Assembly: GCA_023254095.1 (NCBI GenBank)
Contig: JALNLM010000009.1
Location: 1 to 50,386, forward strand
DNA: 50,386 nt
Direction of reading: 5' to 3'
Source of the DNA: Candidatus Geocrenenecus huangii
Lineage (GTDB): Archaea; Thermoproteota; Nitrososphaeria_A; Caldarchaeales; Wolframiiraptoraceae
Under the pieces are notes generated by a model, which had not been told where the DNA came from, did no database searches, and saw nothing but the letters and a program-made list of their open reading frames with translations. Within the stretch, counting starts at the first letter, position 1; each line of letters starts with the position of its first letter. A program made the position numbers and the translations under genes. Positions 49,828 through 50,386 of the stretch are shown in pieces.

Positions 49828-50367
49828 ATGAGGTTTGGACACCTGTCAAGATCCTCCATTATTTTTTCTTTCTTGATAATCTCCCTTACAGTAATCTTAG
49901 GCATAACACTCTATGAAGCTTACTCCGTATACATATCTCTCCAAGAATCATCCATTCAGCCTCTGCCAAGGAGAACGAGTATACAGTACGTATTCTCAAA
50001 ACAAGGATCCTCAAATGTATTTTTTGCAGAGGTAAGAAGTATTTCGCTTTCAACCTCCGGGACCACCATAACATCGGCCAGGATTACATGGTATAGACGT
50101 TTTCCTATTTGGATCGGATATTATGTTACCGTTAAGGTAAGCCTTAAAGATGATTATGGAAACACGATATCTTCAGGGACATCAGGAACTGTATGCTATA
50201 TTGGAAGTGGTCTTGTAACAAGTGATATAGATTTAGTTCCGGATGTAAATATTGACAGTGTAGCTAGAGTTGAGACCTCAATAGATATAGGTGGCGTATG
50301 CTGGGAGCTTCTTTTGACGGTCGAGCCGACTGAATCTATCGATGAGTCTGGGGAGGAGCAGGCATGA
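49828..50367 (+). CDS. Secreted or membrane-tethered paralog of 49405..49815
   Basis: N-terminal hydrophobic helix; ITSARITW...VTVKVSL.D..G..ISSG...DIDLVPDVNIDSVARV parallels VDAARVYW...YTVCVELYE...G.PISSG...NVDLNPNVDPRLVNYV. Confidence 0.72.
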   Translation: MRFGHLSRSSIIFSFLIISLTVILGITLYEAYSVYISLQESSIQPLPRRTSIQYVFSKQGSSNVFFAEVRSISLSTSGTTITSARITWYRRFPIWIGYYVTVKVSLKDDYGNTISSGTSGTVCYIGSGLVTSDIDLVPDVNIDSVARVETSIDIGGVCWELLLTVEPTESIDESGEEQA

Positions 50368-50386
50368 GAACGATTATATTAATTCT
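50364..50386 (+). CDS. Start of a third coupled gene (MRTIILI...), truncated by the window edge
   Basis: ATGA overlap with the previous stop, GGAGGAG RBS upstream, signal-peptide-like opening. Confidence 0.6.

Noticed and set aside
49405-50367. Type IV pilin/archaellin assignment
   Set aside because: There is no class III signal (K/R-G/A followed by a retained hydrophobic helix). The first protein has an AxA signal peptidase I site after the hydrophobic stretch.

Overview
Archaeal chromosomal window. The r-proteins, Rpo3, PriL and the modified mevalonate genes point to a TACK-group archaeon; an Aigarchaeota/Caldarchaeales-like lineage is my inference, not established. Positions 1-16.6 kb are an AT-rich accessory region: a surface-glycan cluster (flippase, seven glycosyltransferases, NAD-dependent epimerase, polysaccharide deacetylase) in which five genes are broken by a single in-frame stop or 1-bp indel, then VapBC and HEPN-MNT toxin-antitoxin pairs and broken coiled-coil/PD-(D/E)xK genes. 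Positions 16.9-48.9 kb are intact core and metabolic genes: rpl3-rpl4-rpl23, Lrp, an AsnB-like protein, priL, two different 2-oxoacid:ferredoxin oxidoreductases, stand-alone LigD phosphoesterase, UbiD/AcnX mevalonate genes, ACAD-EtfBA-FixCX, nth and rpoD-rpl18e. Features not in the ORF track are a textbook box C/D guide sRNA (about 37048-37096, minus strand) and a diverged duplicate of the EamA 3' end that brackets a KaiC-like ATPase module like an integration scar. Also notable are a cell-surface repeat protein with a cytoplasmic C2H2 zinc finger and, at the right edge, the start of an operon of paralogous secreted beta-rich proteins that may build an uncharacterised filament. No tRNA, rRNA, CRISPR array or transposase was recognised.
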